DNA from: Eledone cirrhosa
Taxonomy: Eukaryota
Assembly: GCA_964016885.1 (NCBI GenBank)
Contig: OZ024751.1
Coordinates: 10,850,001 to 10,914,000 of the forward strand
Direction of reading: 5' to 3'
Length of the DNA: 64,000 bases
In this document: positions 42,565-59,195 of the stretch, in pieces
Numbering within the stretch: position 1 is the first letter of the stretch
How the letters are laid out: each line of letters starts with the position of its first letter
Made by a program: the position numbers and the translations under genes
The notes under the pieces: generated by a model
What the model was told of the DNA's origin: nothing
Databases searched by the model: none
Seen by the model: only the letters and a program-made list of their open reading frames with translations

Positions 42565-45500
42565 ACACAACAACAGTAACAACAACACCATCTACAACAA
42601 TAACAGTAACACCAACTCCAGGAACAACAACAACAGTAACACCAACTCCAGGGACAACAACAGTAACACCAACTCCAGGAACAACAACAACAACAGTAAC
42701 ACCAACTCCAGGAACAATAACAACAACAACAGTAACACCAACTCCAGGAACAATAACAACAACAACAGTAACACCAACTCCAGGAACAATAACAACAACA
42801 ACAGTAACACCAACTCCAGGAACAACAACAGTAACACCAACTCCAGGAACAACAACAACAACAACAGTAACACCAACTCCAGGAACAACAACAACAACAG
42901 TAACACCAACTCCAGGAACAACTATAACAACAACAGTAACACCAACTCCAGGAACAACTATAACAACAACAACAGTAACACCAACTCCAGGAACAACTGT
43001 AACACCAACTCCAGGAACAACTGTAACACCAACTCCAGGAACAACAATAACAACAACAACAGTAACACCAACTCCAGGAACAACAATAACAACAACAGTA
43101 ACACCAACTCCAGGAACAACAACAGTAACACCAACTCCAGGAACAACAACAACAACAGTAACACCAACTCCAGGAACAACAACAGTAACACCAACTCCAG
43201 GAACAACAACAGTAACACCAACTCCAGGAACAACAACAGTAACACCAACTCCAGGAACAACAACAGTAACACCAACTCCAGGAACCACAATAACAACAAC
43301 AGTAACACCAACTCCAGGAACAACAACAGTAACACCAACTCCAGGAACAACAACAGTAACACCAACTCCAGGAACAACAACAGTAACACCAACTCCAGGA
43401 ACAACAACAGTAACACCAACTCCAGGAACCACAATAACAACAACAGTAACACCAACTCCAGGAACAACAACAGTAACACCAACTCCAGGAACAACAACAG
43501 TAACACCAACTCCAGGAACAACAACAGTAACACCAACTCCAGGAACAACAACAGTAACACCAACTCCAGGAACAACAATAACAACAACAGTAACACCAAC
43601 TCCAGGAACCACAATAACAACAACAGTAACACCAACTCCAGGAACAACAACAACAACAGTAACACCAACTCCAGGAACCACAATAACAACAACAGTAACA
43701 CCAACTCCAGGAACCACAATAACAACAACAGTAACACCAACTCCAGGAACAACAACAACAACAGTAACACCAACTCCAGGAACAACAATAACAACAACAG
43801 TAACACCAACTCCAGGAACAACAATAACAACAACAGTAACACCAACTCCAGGAACAACAATAACAACAACAGTAACACCAACTCCAGGAACAACAATAAC
43901 AACAACAGTAACACCAACTCCAGGAACAACAATAACAACAACAGTAACACCAACTCCAGGAACAACAACAACAACAGTAACACCAACTCCAGGAACAACT
44001 ATAACTACAGTAACACCAACTCCAGGAACAACTATAACAACAGTAATACCAACTCCAGGAACAACTATAACAACAGTAACACCAACTCCAGGAACAACTA
44101 TAACAACAGTAACACCAACTCCAGGAACAACTATAACAACAGTAACACCAACTCCAGGAACAACTATAACAACAGTAACACCAACTCCAGGAACAACTAT
44201 AACAACAGTAACACCAACTCCAGGAACAACTATAACAACAGTAACACCAACTCCAGGAACAACTATAACAACAGTAACACCAACTCCAGGAACAACTATA
44301 ACAACAGTAACACCAACTCCAGGAACAACTATAACAACAGTAACACCAACTCCAGGAACAACTATAACAACAGTAACACCAACTCCAGGAACAACAACAA
44401 CAACAGTAACACCAACTCCAGGAACAACTATAACAACAGTAACACCAACTCCAGGAACAACTATAACAACAACAGTAACACCAACTCCAGGAACAACTAT
44501 AACAACAACAGTAACACCAACTCCAGGAACAACTATAACAACAACAGTAACACCAACTCCAGGAACAACAACAACAACAGTAACACCAACTCCAGGAACA
44601 ACTATAACAACAGTAACACCAACTCCAGGAACAACAACAACAACAGTAACACCAACTCCAGGAACAACTATAACAACAGTAACACCAACTCCAGGAACAA
44701 CTATAACAACAGTAACACCAACTCCAGGAACAACAACAACAACAGTAACACCAACTCCAGGAACAACAATAACAACAACAGTAACACCAACTCCAGGAAC
44801 AACAATAACAACAGTAACACCAACTCCAGGAACAACAACAACAACAGTAACACCAACTCCAGGAACAACAATAACAACAACAGTAACACCAACTCCAGGA
44901 ACAACAACAACAACAGTAACACCAACTCCAGGAACAACAACAACAACAGTAACACCAACTCCAGGAACAACAATAACAACAACAGTAACACCAACTCCAG
45001 GAACAACAACAACAACAGTAACACCAACTCCAGGAACAACAATAACAACAACAGTAACACCAACTCCAGGAACAACAACAACAACAGTAACACCAACTCC
45101 AGGAACAACAACAACAACAGTAACACCAACTCCAGGAACAACAATAACAACAACAGTAACACCAACTCCAGGAACAACAATAACAACAACAGTAACACCA
45201 ACTCCAGGAACAACTATAACAACAACAGTAACACCAACTCCAGGAACAACAACAACAACAGTAACACCAACTCCAGGAACAACAACAACAACAACAGTAA
45301 CACCAACTCCAGGAACAACAACAACAACAGTAACACCAACTCCAGGAACAACAACAACAACAGTAACACCAACTCCAGGAACAACAACAACAACAGTAAC
45401 ACCAACTCCAGGAACAACAACAACAACAGTAACACCAACTCCAGGAAGAACAACAACAACAGTAACACCAACTCCAGGAACAACAATAACAACAACAGTA

Positions 45501-48500
45501 ACACCAACTCCAGGAACAACAATAACAACAACAGTAACACCAACTCCAGGAACAACTATAACAACAACAGTAACACCAACTCCAGGAACAACAACAACAA
45601 CAGTAACACCAACTCCAGGAACAACAACAACAACAACAGTAACACCAACTCCAGGAACAACAACAACAACAGTAACACCAACTCCAGGAACAACAACAAC
45701 AACAGTAACACCAACTCCAGGAACAACAACAACAACAGTAACACCAACTCCAGGAACCACAATAACAACAACAGTAACACCAACTCCAGGAACCACAATA
45801 ACAACAACAGTAACACCAACTCCAGGAACAACAATAACAACAACAGTAACACCAACTCCAGGAACAACAATAACAACAACAGTAACACCAACTCCAGGAA
45901 CAACAATAACAACAACAGTAACACCAACTCCAGGAACAATAACAACAACAGTAACACCAACTCCAGGAACAACAATAACAACAACAGTAACACCAACTCC
46001 AGGAACAACAATAACAACAACAGTAACACCAACTCCAGGAACAACAATAACAACAACAGTAACACCAACTCCAGGAACAACAACAACAACAGTAACACCA
46101 ACTCCAGGAACAACAATAACAACAACAGTAACACCAACTCCAGGAACCACAATAACAACAACAGTAACACCAACTCCAGGAACAACAATAACAACAACAG
46201 TAACACCAACTCCAGGAACAACAATAACAACAACAGTAACACCAACTCCAGGAACAACAATAACAACAACAGTAACACCAACTCCAGGAACCACAATAAC
46301 AACAACAGTAACACCAACTCCAGGAACCACAATAACAACAACAGTAACACCAACTCCAGGAACAACAATAACAACAACAGTAACACCAACTCCAGGAACA
46401 ACAATAACAACAACAGTAACACCAACTCCAGGAACAACAACAACAACAGTAACACCAACTCCAGGAACAACAATAACAACAACAGTAACACCAACTCCAG
46501 GAACAACAATAACAACAACAGTAACACCAACTCCAGGAACAACAATAACAACAACAGTAACACCAACTCCAGGAACAACAATAACAACAACAGTAACACC
46601 AACTCCAGGAACAACAACAACAACAGTAACACCAACTCCAGGAACAACAATAACAACAACAGTAACACCAACTCCAGGAACCACAATAACAACAACAGTA
46701 ACACCAACTCCAGGAACAACAATAACAACAACAGTAACACCAACTCCAGGAACAACAATAACAACAACAGTAACACCAACTCCAGGAACAACAATAACAA
46801 CAACAGTAACACCAACTCCAGGAACAACAATAACAACAACAGTAACACCAACTCCAGGAACAACAATAACAACAACAGTAACACCAACTCCAGGAACAAC
46901 AATAACAACAACAGTAACACCAACTCCAGGAACCACAATAACAACAACAGTAACACCAACTCCAGGAACAACAATAACAACAACAGTAACACCAACTCCA
47001 GGAACAACAATAACAACAACAGTAACACCAACTCCAGGAACAACAACAACAGTAACACCAACTCCAGGAACAACAATAACAACAACAGTAACACCAACTC
47101 CAGGAACAACAATAACAACAACAGTAACACCAACTCCAGGAACCACAATAACAACAGTAACACCAACTCCAGGAACAACAACAACAACAGTAACACCAAC
47201 TCCAGGAACAACAATAACAACAACAGTAACACCAACTCCAGGAACAACAATAACAACAACAGTAACACCAACTCCAGGAACCACAATAACAACAACAGTA
47301 ACACCAACTCCAGGAACAACAACAACAACAGTAACACCAACTCCAGGAACAACAATAACAACAACAGTAACACCAACTCCAGGAACAACAATAACAACAA
47401 CAGTAACACCAACTCCAGGAACCACAATAACAACAACAGTAACACCAACTCCAGGAACAACAATAACAACAACAGTAACACCAACTCCAGGAACCACAAT
47501 AACAACAACAGTAACACCAACTCCAGGAACAACAATAACAACAACAGTAACACCAACTCCAGGAACCACAATAACAACAACAGTAACACCAACTCCAGGA
47601 ACAACAATAACAACAACAGTAACACCAACTCCAGGAACCACAATAACAACAACAGTAACACCAACTCCAGGAACAACAATAACAACAACAGTAACACCAA
47701 CTCCAGGAACCACAATAACAACAACAGTAACACCAACTCCAGGAACAACAATAACAACAACAGTAACACCAACTCCAGGAACCACAATAACAACAACAGT
47801 AACACCAACTCCAGGAACAACAATAACAACAACAGTAACACCAACTCCAGGAACCACAATAACAACAACAGTAACACCAACTCCAGGAACAACAATAACA
47901 ACAACAGTAACACCAACTCCAGGAACCACAATAACAACAACAGTAACACCAACTCCAGGAACAACAATAACAACAACAGTAACACCAACTCCAGGAACCA
48001 CAATAACAACAACAGTAACACCAACTCCAGGAACAACAATAACAACAACAGTAACACCAACTCCAGGAACCACAATAACAACAACAGTAACACCAACTCC
48101 AGGAACAACAATAACAACAACAGTAACACCAACTCCAGGAACCACAATAACAACAACAGTAACACCAACTCCAGGAACAACAATAACAACAACAGTAACA
48201 CCAACTCCAGGAACAACAACAACAACAGTAACACCAACTCCAGGAACAACAATAACAACAACAGTAACACCAACTCCAGGAACCACAATAACAACAACAG
48301 TAACACCAACTCCAGGAACAACAACAACAACAGTAACACCAACTCCAGGAACAACAATAACAACAACAGTAACACCAACTCCAGGAACAACAATAACAAC
48401 AACAGTAACACCAACTCCAGGAACCACAATAACAACAGTAACACCAACTCCAGGAACAACAACAACAACAGTAACACCAACTCCAGGAACAACAATAACA

Positions 48501-51500
48501 ACAACAGTAACACCAACTCCAGGAACAACAATAACAACAACAGTAACACCAACTCCAGGAACAACAACAACAACAGTAACACCAACTCCAGGAACAACAA
48601 CAACAACAGTAACACCAACTCCAGGAACAACAATAACAACAACAGTAACACCAACTCCAGGAACAACTATAACAACAACAGTAACACCAACTCCAGGAAC
48701 CACAATAACAACAACAGTAACACCAACTCCAGGAACAACAATAACAACAACAGTAACACCAACTCCAGGAACAACAACAACAACAGTAACACCAACTCCA
48801 GGAACAACAACAACAACAGTAACACCAACTCCAGGAACAACAACAACAACAGTAACACCAACTCCAGGAACAACAATAACAACAACAGTAACACCAACTC
48901 CAGGAACAACTATAACAACAACAGTAACACCAACTCCAGGAACAACTATAACAACAACAGTAACACCAACTCCAGGAACAACAACAGTAACACCAACTCC
49001 AGGAACAACAATAACAACAACAGTAACACCAACTCCAGGAACAACAACAACAACAGTAACACCAACTCCAGGAACAACAACAACAACAGTAACACCAACT
49101 CCAGGAACAACAATAACAACAACAGTAACACCAACTCCAGGAACAACAATAACAACAACAGTAACACCAACTCCAGGAACAACAACAACAACAGTAACAC
49201 CAACTCCAGGAACAACAACAACAACAGTAACACCAACTCCAGGAACAACAATAACAACAACAGTAACACCAACTCCAGGAACAATAACAACAACAGTAAC
49301 ACCAACTCCAGGAACAACTATAACAACAACAGTAACACCAACTCCAGGAACAACAACAGTAACACCAACTCCAGGAACCACAATAACAACAACAGTAACA
49401 CCAACTCCAGGAACAACAATAACAACAACAGTAACACCAACTCCAGGAACAACAATAACAACAACAGTAACACCAACTCCAGGAACAACTATAACAACAA
49501 CAGTAACACCAACTCCAGGAACAACTATAACAACAACAGTAACACCAACTCCAGGAACAACAATAACAACAACAGTAACACCAACTCCAGGAACCACAAT
49601 AACAACAACAGTAACACCAACTCCAGGAACAACAATAACAACAACAGTAACACCAACTCCAGGAACAACAATAACAACAACAGTAACACCAACTCCAGGA
49701 ACCACAATAACAACAGTAACACCAACTCCAGGAACAACAATAACAACAACAGTAACACCAACTCCAGGAACCACAATAACAACAACAGTAACACCAACTC
49801 CAGGAACAACAACAACAACAACAGTAACACCAACTCCAGGAACAACAATAACAACAACAGTAACACCAACTCCAGGAACAACAACAACAACAGTAACACC
49901 AACTCCAGGAACAACTATAACAACAACAGTAACACCAACTCCAGGAACAACTATAACAACAACAGTAACACCAACTCCAGGAACAACTATAACAACAACA
50001 GTAACACCAACTCCAGGAACAACAATAACAACAACAGTAACACCAACTCCAGGAACAACAACAACAACAGTAACACCAACTCCAGGAACAACTATAACAA
50101 CAACAGTAACACCAACTCCAGGAACAACTATAACAACAACAGTAACACCAACTCCAGGAACAACTATAACAACAACAGTAACACCAACTCCAGGAACAAC
50201 AATAACAACAACAGTAACACCAACTCCAGGAACCACAATAACAACAACAGTAACACCAACTCCAGGAACAACAATAACAACAACAGTAACACCAACTCCA
50301 GGAACAACAATAACAACAACAGTAACACCAACTCCAGGAACCACAATAACAACAGTAACACCAACTCCAGGAACAACAATAACAACAACAGTAACACCAA
50401 CTCCAGGAACCACAATAACAACAACAGTAACACCAACTCCAGGAACAACAACAACAACAACAGTAACACCAACTCCAGGAACAACAATAACAACAACAGT
50501 AACACCAACTCCAGGAACAACTATAACAACAACAGTAACACCAACTCCAGGAACAACTATAACAACAACAGTAACACCAACTCCAGGAACAACAATAACA
50601 ACAACAGTAACACCAACTCCAGGAACCACAATAACAACAGTAACACCAACTCCAGGAACAACAATAACAACAACAGTAACACCAACTCCAGGAACCACAA
50701 TAACAACAACAGTAACACCAACTCCAGGAACAACAACAACAACAACAGTAACACCAACTCCAGGAACAACAATAACAACAACAGTAACACCAACTCCAGG
50801 AACAACAACAACAACAGTAACACCAACTCCAGGAACAACAACAACAACAGTAACACCAACTCCAGGAACAACAATAACAACAACAGTAACACCAACTCCA
50901 GGAACAACTATAACAACAACAGTAACACCAACTCCAGGAACAACTATAACAACAACAGTAACACCAACTCCAGGAACAACAACAGTAACACCAACTCCAG
51001 GAACAACTATAACAACAACAGTAAGACCAACTCCAGGAACAACTATAACAACAACAGTAACACCAACTCCAGGAACAACTATAACAACAACAGTAACACC
51101 AACTCCAGGAACAACAATAACAACAACAGTAACACCAACTCCAGGAACAACAATAACAACAACAGTAACACCAACTCCAGGAACAACAATAACAACAACA
51201 GTAACACCAACTCCAGGAACAACAATAACAACAACAGTAACACCAACTCCAGGAACAACAACAACAACAGTAACACCAACTCCAGGAACAACAACAACAA
51301 CAGTAACACCAACTCCAGGAACAACAATAACAACAACAGTAACACCAACTCCAGGAACAACAACAACAACAGTAACACCAACTCCAGGAACAACAATAAC
51401 AACAACAGTAACACCAACTCCAGGAACAACAACAACAACAGTAACACCAACTCCAGGAACAACAACAACAACAGTAACACCAACTCCAGGAACAACAATA

Positions 51501-54500
51501 ACAACAACAGTAACACCAACTCCAGGAACAACAATAACAACAACAGTAACACCAACTCCAGGAACAACTATAACAACAACAGTAACACCAACTCCAGGAA
51601 CAACAACAACAACAGTAACACCAACTCCAGGAACAACAACAACAACAACAGTAACACCAACTCCAGGAACAACAACAACAACAGTAACACCAACTCCAGG
51701 AACAACAACAACAACAGTAACACCAACTCCAGGAACAACAACAACAACAGTAACACCAACTCCAGGAACAACAACAACAACAGTAACACCAACTCCAGGA
51801 ACAACAATAACAACAACAGTAACACCAACTCCAGGAACAACAATAACAACAACAGTAACACCAACTCCAGGAACAACTATAACAACAACAGTAACACCAA
51901 CTCCAGGAACAACAACAACAACAGTAACACCAACTCCAGGAACAACAACAACAACAACAGTAACACCAACTCCAGGAACAACAACAACAACAGTAACACC
52001 AACTCCAGGAACAACAACAACAACAGTAACACCAACTCCAGGAACAACAACAACAACAGTAACACCAACTCCAGGAACCACAATAACAACAACAGTAACA
52101 CCAACTCCAGGAACAACAATAACAACAACAGTAACACCAACTCCAGGAACAACAATAACAACAACAGTAACACCAACTCCAGGAACAACAATAACAACAA
52201 CAGTAACACCAACTCCAGGAACAACAATAACAACAACAGTAACACCAACTCCAGGAACAACAATAACAACAACAGTAACACCAACTCCAGGAACAACCAC
52301 AACAACAGTAACACCAACTCCAGGAACAACAATAACAACAACAGTAACACCAACTCCAGGAACCACAATAACAACAACAGTAACACCAACTCCAGGAACA
52401 ACAATAACAACAACAGTAACACCAACTCCAGGAACAACAATAACAACAACAGTAACACCAACTCCAGGAACAACAATAACAACAACAGTAACACCAACTC
52501 CAGGAACAACAATAACAACAACAGTAACACCAACTCCAGGAACAACAATAACAACAACAGTAACACCAACTCCAGGAACAACAATAACAACAACAGTAAC
52601 ACCAACTCCAGGAACCACAATAACAACAACAGTAACACCAACTCCAGGAACAACAATAACAACAACAGTAACACCAACTCCAGGAACAACAATAACAACA
52701 ACAGTAACACCAACTCCAGGAACAACAATAACAACAACAGTAACACCAACTCCAGGAACAACGATAACAACAACAGTAACACCAACTCCAGGAACAACAA
52801 CAACAACAGTAACACCAACTCCAGGAACAACAATAACAACAACAGTAACACCAACTCCAGGAACAACAATAACAACAACAGTAACACCAACTCCAGGAAC
52901 CACAATAACAACAACAGTAACACCAACTCCAGGAACAACAATAACAACAACAGTAACACCAACTCCAGGAACAACAATAACAACAACAGTAACACCAACT
53001 CCAGGAACAACAACAACAACAGTAACACCAACTCCAGGAACAACAACAACAACAGTAACACCAACTCCAGGAACAACAATAACAACAACAGTAACACCAA
53101 CTCCAGGAACAACAATAACAACAACAGTAACACCAACTCCAGGAACAACAACAACAACAGTAACACCAACTCCAGGAACAACAACAACAACAGTAACACC
53201 AACTCCAGGAACAACAATAACAACAACAGTAACACCAACTCCAGGAACAACAATAACAACAGTAACACCAACTCCAGGAACAACAACAACAACAACAGTA
53301 ACACCAACTCCAGGAACCACAATAACAACAGTAACACCAACTCCAGGAACAACAATAACAACAACAGTAACACCAACTCCAGGAACAACAATAACAACAA
53401 CAGTAACACCAACTCCAGGAACAACAACAACAACAGTAACACCAACTCCAGGAACAACAACAACAACAGTAACACCAACTCCAGGAACAACAATAACAAC
53501 AACAGTAACACCAACTCCAGGAACAACTATAACAACAACAGTAACACCAACTCCAGGAACAACTATAACAACAACAGTAACACCAACTCCAGGAACAACT
53601 ATAACAACAACAGTAACACCAACTCCAGGAACAACAACAGTAACACCAACTCCAGGAACAACTATAACAACAACAGTAACACCAACTCCAGGAACAACAA
53701 CAGTAACACCAACTCCAGGAACAACTATAACAACAACAGTAACACCAACTCCAGGAACAACAATAACAACAACAGTAACACCAACTCCAGGAACAACAAT
53801 AACAACAACAGTAACACCAACTCCAGGAACCACAATAACAACAGTAACACCAACTCCAGGAACAACAATAACAACAACAGTAACACCAACTCCAGGAACA
53901 ACAATAACAACAACAGTAACACCAACTCCAGGAACAACTATAACAACAACAGTAACACCAACTCCAGGAACAACAATAACAACAACAGTAACACCAACTC
54001 CAGGAACAACAACAACAACAGTAACACCAACTCCAGGAACAACAACAACAACAGTAACACCAACTCCAGGAACAACAATAACAACAACAGTAACACCAAC
54101 TCCAGGAACAACAATAACAACAACAGTAACACCAACTCCAGGAACAACAACAACAACAGTAACACCAACTCCAGGAACAACAATAACAACAACAGTAACA
54201 CCAACTCCAGGAACAACAATAACAACAACAGTAACACCAACTCCAGGAACAACAACAACAACAGTAACACCAACTCCAGGAACAACAATAACAACAACAG
54301 TAACACCAACTCCAGGAACAACTATAACAACAACAGTAACACCAACTCCAGGAACAACTATAACAACAACAGTAACACCAACTCCAGGAACAACAACAGT
54401 AACACCAACTCCAGGAACAACTATAACAACAACAGTAACACCAACTCCAGGAACAACTATAACAACAACAGTAACACCAACTCCAGGAACAACTATAACA

Positions 54501-55600
54501 ACAACAGTAACACCAACTCCAGGAACAACAATAACAACAACAGTAACACCAACTCCAGGAACAACAATAACAACAACAGTAACACCAACTCCAGGAACAA
54601 CAATAACAACAACAGTAACACCAACTCCAGGAACAACAATAACAACAACAGTAACACCAACTCCAGGAACAACAACAACAACAGTAACACCAACTCCAGG
54701 AACAACAACAACAACAGTAACACCAACTCCAGGAACAACAATAACAACAACAGTAACACCAACTCCAGGAACAACAATAACAACAACAGTAACACCAACT
54801 CCAGGAACAACTATAACAACAACAGTAACACCAACTCCAGGAACAACTATAACAACAACAGTAACACCAACTCCAGGAACAACAACAACAACAGTAACAC
54901 CAACTCCAGGAACAACAATAACAACAACAGTAACACCAACTCCAGGAACAACAATAACAACAACAGTAACACCAACTCCAGGAACAACAATAACAACAAC
55001 AGTAACACCAACTCCAGGAACAACAACAGTAACACCAACTCCAGGAACAACAACAACAACAGTAACACCAACTCCAGGAACAACAACAACAACAGTAACA
55101 CCAACTCCAGGAACAACAATAACAACAGTAACACCAACTCCAGGAACCACAATAACAACAACAGTAACACCAACTCCAGGAACCACAATAACAACAACAG
55201 TAACACCAACTCCAGGAACCACAATAACAACAACAGTAACACCAACTCCAGAAACCACAATAACAACACTAACACCAACTCCAGGAACCACAATAACAAC
55301 AACAATAACAACAGCAACAACAGTAACCAACTCTAGGAACAACAATAACAACAGCAACAACAGTAACCAACTCTAGGAACAACAATAACAACAGCAACAA
55401 CAGTAACCAACTCTAGGAACAACAATAACAACAGCAACAACAGTAACCAACTCTAGGAACAACAATAACAACAGTAATACCAACTCCAGGAACAACAATA
55501 ACAATAACAACAGCAACAGTAACACCAACTCCAGGAACAACAATAACAATAACAACAACTATAACAGCAACACCTGCAACGATAACATTAGCAAGAACAT
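42565..55600. repeat. 13 kb minisatellite, core GTAACACCAACTCCAGGA plus (ACA)n, units mostly 27-36 bp
   Basis: Several hundred homogeneous units whose length varies in steps of 3 bp; four 40 bp variant units lie at 55321-55480. Confidence 0.97.
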
Positions 55601-55619
55601 GATGAACAACTGCGAAATC

Positions 55620-56465
55620 TTGAAAACAAAGAGAATAACAAGAACGATTAAAACGAAACAAGTTTTTAACAAAGAATGACAAGAAAAAACAACAAAGAAA
55701 AAATAAACCTTTAAAAAATAAAACGTAACAAATTCCCCCAAACTGGGGATATCTCCGAGGGTTAGTCATTGAGAAAGCCCACAAAAAGCCACAGTAACCT
55801 TGACTGCTAGGGCACGTGTCCTCTCTCAGTGGCCCTCCTCTAATTTACTGGCACATGCTCAGTTCAAGTTCATTCACTCGGATCATACTCGTCTTTCTCA
55901 CCCACATTTCATCAAACAGGCAACAAGGCAACATTTATCTTTCCACCCTGATTTTTCTCTTCAGGGGAAACCTGAAAAAGTTAGGGTTAGGGTTAGGGCT
56001 TCGCCGAAGAGGAGAGTGCTTGTCTTCAACTCCTTCAAGCGCGTTCACCGCATGACCACTTTCGCCGTGACCACCGGGCGGATGAAACCTGCCTGTCCTT
56101 TCCCTCTAAAGGAAAAGGTAGGAGTGATCTTTACAATAGATACATCAGGTGTTCGACGTAAACCCACAAGTCAGCAATGCTCGGAAACTTGATCTGTGCG
56201 TGCAGGACGGTTTCGTCACTCACAGGCCCGACTGACGGCACACCCATGCCTGACAGTTTAACCTAACTGGCAAAACCCTCGATAGCATTGACAAGCTAGG
56301 AATTTTTGGAAGTTATCCATAAACTCTGGACTGAAAGTCCTCTGAAAAAGAGTGGCTAGTTGATTTTCGTCGACCTCTTGAGTCTCCTCAAGAACGTCGT
56401 CGTTTTTACCCGCCACTAAATATCTATAGAAAGCTAAGGTGGAGTTTCCACCGATCGTATTCAAC
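55620..56465 (-). pseudogene. Decayed 5'-truncated non-LTR retrotransposon (Tx1/L1-like ORF2 C-terminus plus 3' UTR)
   Basis: Minus-strand frames joined across frameshifts give TLAFYRYL..MDNFQKFLACQCYRG / LPVR..RHGCAVSRAC / DETVLHAQIKFPSIADLWVYVEHL / AKVVMR*TRLK..FFRFPLKRKIRVER, resembling the zf-RVT region of L1/Tx1 ORF2. Confidence 0.7.
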
Positions 56466-56951
56466 AAACACAACGAAAGCAACAGTAGCAATAACATTAA
56501 CAGTAGTAACAATAAAAACAACAGCAAAGACAACAGTAACAACAGTACCCCTGACCATTAACAGCTACAATTACCGTTCCTGACTCTTCCATGAAAACAC
56601 TGAGCCACCTCCACAACAAAAAATAAACTACACCTCCCAACACACCACCACCACCACCACCACCGCTATTAACAACAACTAGAATACAATACAGTTACAA
56701 AGCCCACACCTCGCTACACCACACCCCACATCAATACGCCTGCAACAACAACAACAATGACAACAACAGTACAATACAGTGAGTACCTCCTCACCACCAC
56801 ACGACACACCACATCAATACGCCACCACCGCTACCTGCAACAACTGTTCAATATAATAGTATAATACTGTTACAACTCCTTCCACCCCGACTAAACCCCA
56901 CACCACACCAATACGCCACCAACAATACTAGTAACAGCAACAAGTCATTAT

Positions 56952-57130
56952 ATTGGCAGTATCGGTAGAGGGTCGGACGCCATGTTTTGAAGCATAGTTA
57001 CCTCCCTTTATGGTCTGAGTTCAAATCCCGCCGAGGTTAACTTTGCCTTTCATCCTTACGGGGTCGATAAAATAAAGTACCTGTAATGCACTGGGTATTG
57101 CTGGTCTTGTGCCAAAAAGTAGAAACATTA
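56952..57130 (+). mobile_element. tRNA-derived SINE (family A)
   Basis: TTGGCAGTATCGGTAGAGGGTCGG..GAGTTCAAATCCCGCCGAGG. Confidence 0.85.
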
Positions 57131-57254
57131 TAATTACCACAGTAACATCAACTGCTCAATACAGCTACAACACCCTCCTTCCCCCACAACACCCACTCCA
57201 CACCAATATGCCACTAACGATACTAGCAACAACAACAACACTACACTACAGTTA

Positions 57255-59195
57255 CAATAACACCACCAACAACAATAACACCACCAACAACAATAACACC
57301 ATCAACAACAATAACACCACCAACAACAATAACACCACCAACAATAACACCACCAACAACTACAACACCAACAATAACACCAACAACTATAACACCACCA
57401 ACAACACCAATAACACCAACAACTATAACACCACCAACAACACCAACAACAACAACACCACCAACAACAATAACACCACCAACAACTACAACACCAACAA
57501 TAACACCAACAACTATAACACCACCAACAACACCAACAACAACAACACCACTAACAACAATAACAACACCAACAACTACAACACCAACAATAACACCAAC
57601 AACTATAACACCACCAACAACACCAACAACAACAACACCACCAACAACAATAACACCACCAACAACAATAACACCACCAACAACAATAACACCACCAACA
57701 ACAATAACACCACCAACAACAATAACACCACCAACAATAATAACACCACCAACAATAACACCACCAACAACTACAACACCACCAACAACTACAACACCAA
57801 CAATAACACCACCACCAACAATAACACCACCACCAACAATAACACCACCACCAACAATAACACCACCACCAACAATAACACCACCACCAACAATAACACC
57901 ACCACCAACAATAACACCAACAACAACAATAACACCAACAACAACAATAACACCACCATCAACTATAACACCACCAACAACAATAACACCAACAACAATA
58001 ACACCAACAACTACAACAACAACAACACCACCAACAACAACAACACCACCAACAACAATAACACCAACAACAATAACACCACCAACAACAATAACACCAC
58101 CAACAACAACACCACCATCAACAACACCAACAACTACAACACCAACAACAACACCACCAACAACTACAACACCAACAACAACACCACCAACAACAACACC
58201 ACCAACAACAATAACAACTACAACATCAACAATAACACCACCATCAACAATAACACCACCATCAACAATAACAACACCAACAACTACAACACCAACAATA
58301 ACACCACCATCAACAATAACAACTACAACACCAACAATAACACCACCAACAACAATAACAACTACAACATCAACAATAACACCACCAACAACTACATCAA
58401 CAATAACAACTACATCAACAATAACACCACCAACAACAATAACACCACCATCAACAATAACACCACCAACAACAATAACAACTACAACATCAACAATAAC
58501 ACCACCATCAACAATAACATCACCAACAACAATAACACCACCAACAACAATAACATCACCAACAACAACACCACCAACAACAATAACAAATACATCAACA
58601 ATAACACCACCATCAACAACTACAACACCAACAACAACAACACCACCAACAACTACATCAACAATAACACCAACAACATCAACAATAACAACACCATCAA
58701 CAATAACACCACCATCAACAATAACAACATCAACAATAACACCACCATCAACAATAACATCACCAACAACACCACCATCACCAACAACAACACCACCATC
58801 AACAATAACAACTACAACATCAACAATAACAACACCATCAACAATAACACCACCATCAACAATAACAACAACAACAACAACACCACCAACAACAATAACA
58901 ACTACAACATCAACAATAACACCACCATCAACAATAACACCACCATCAACAATAACACCACCAACAACAACACCACCATCAACAATAACAACTACATCAA
59001 CAATAACACCACCATCAACAATAACACCACCAACAACAATAACACCACCAACAACAATAACAACTACAACATCAACAATAACACCACCATCAACAATAAC
59101 AACTACAACATCAACAATAACACCACCATCAACAATAACACCACCATCAACAATAACACCACCAACAACAACACCACCAACAACAATAACAACAA
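57255..59195. repeat. (AAC/AAT/ACC/ATC) trinucleotide-derived satellite
   Basis: Direct reading. Confidence 0.95.

Noticed and set aside
55980-55998. (TTAGGG)3 as a telomere seed or telomerase RNA template (also ~62900-62918)
   Set aside because: It lies inside a decayed LINE coding region (..GEAL/xFFRF..) and is best explained by local slippage; no convincing telomerase RNA architecture was seen.
56195-56232. Minus-strand CTGTGA-GTGAC-GAAAC-CGTC hammerhead-like string
   Set aside because: A core base is missing, there is no stem I, and it coincides with the LINE coding motif SDETVLH.
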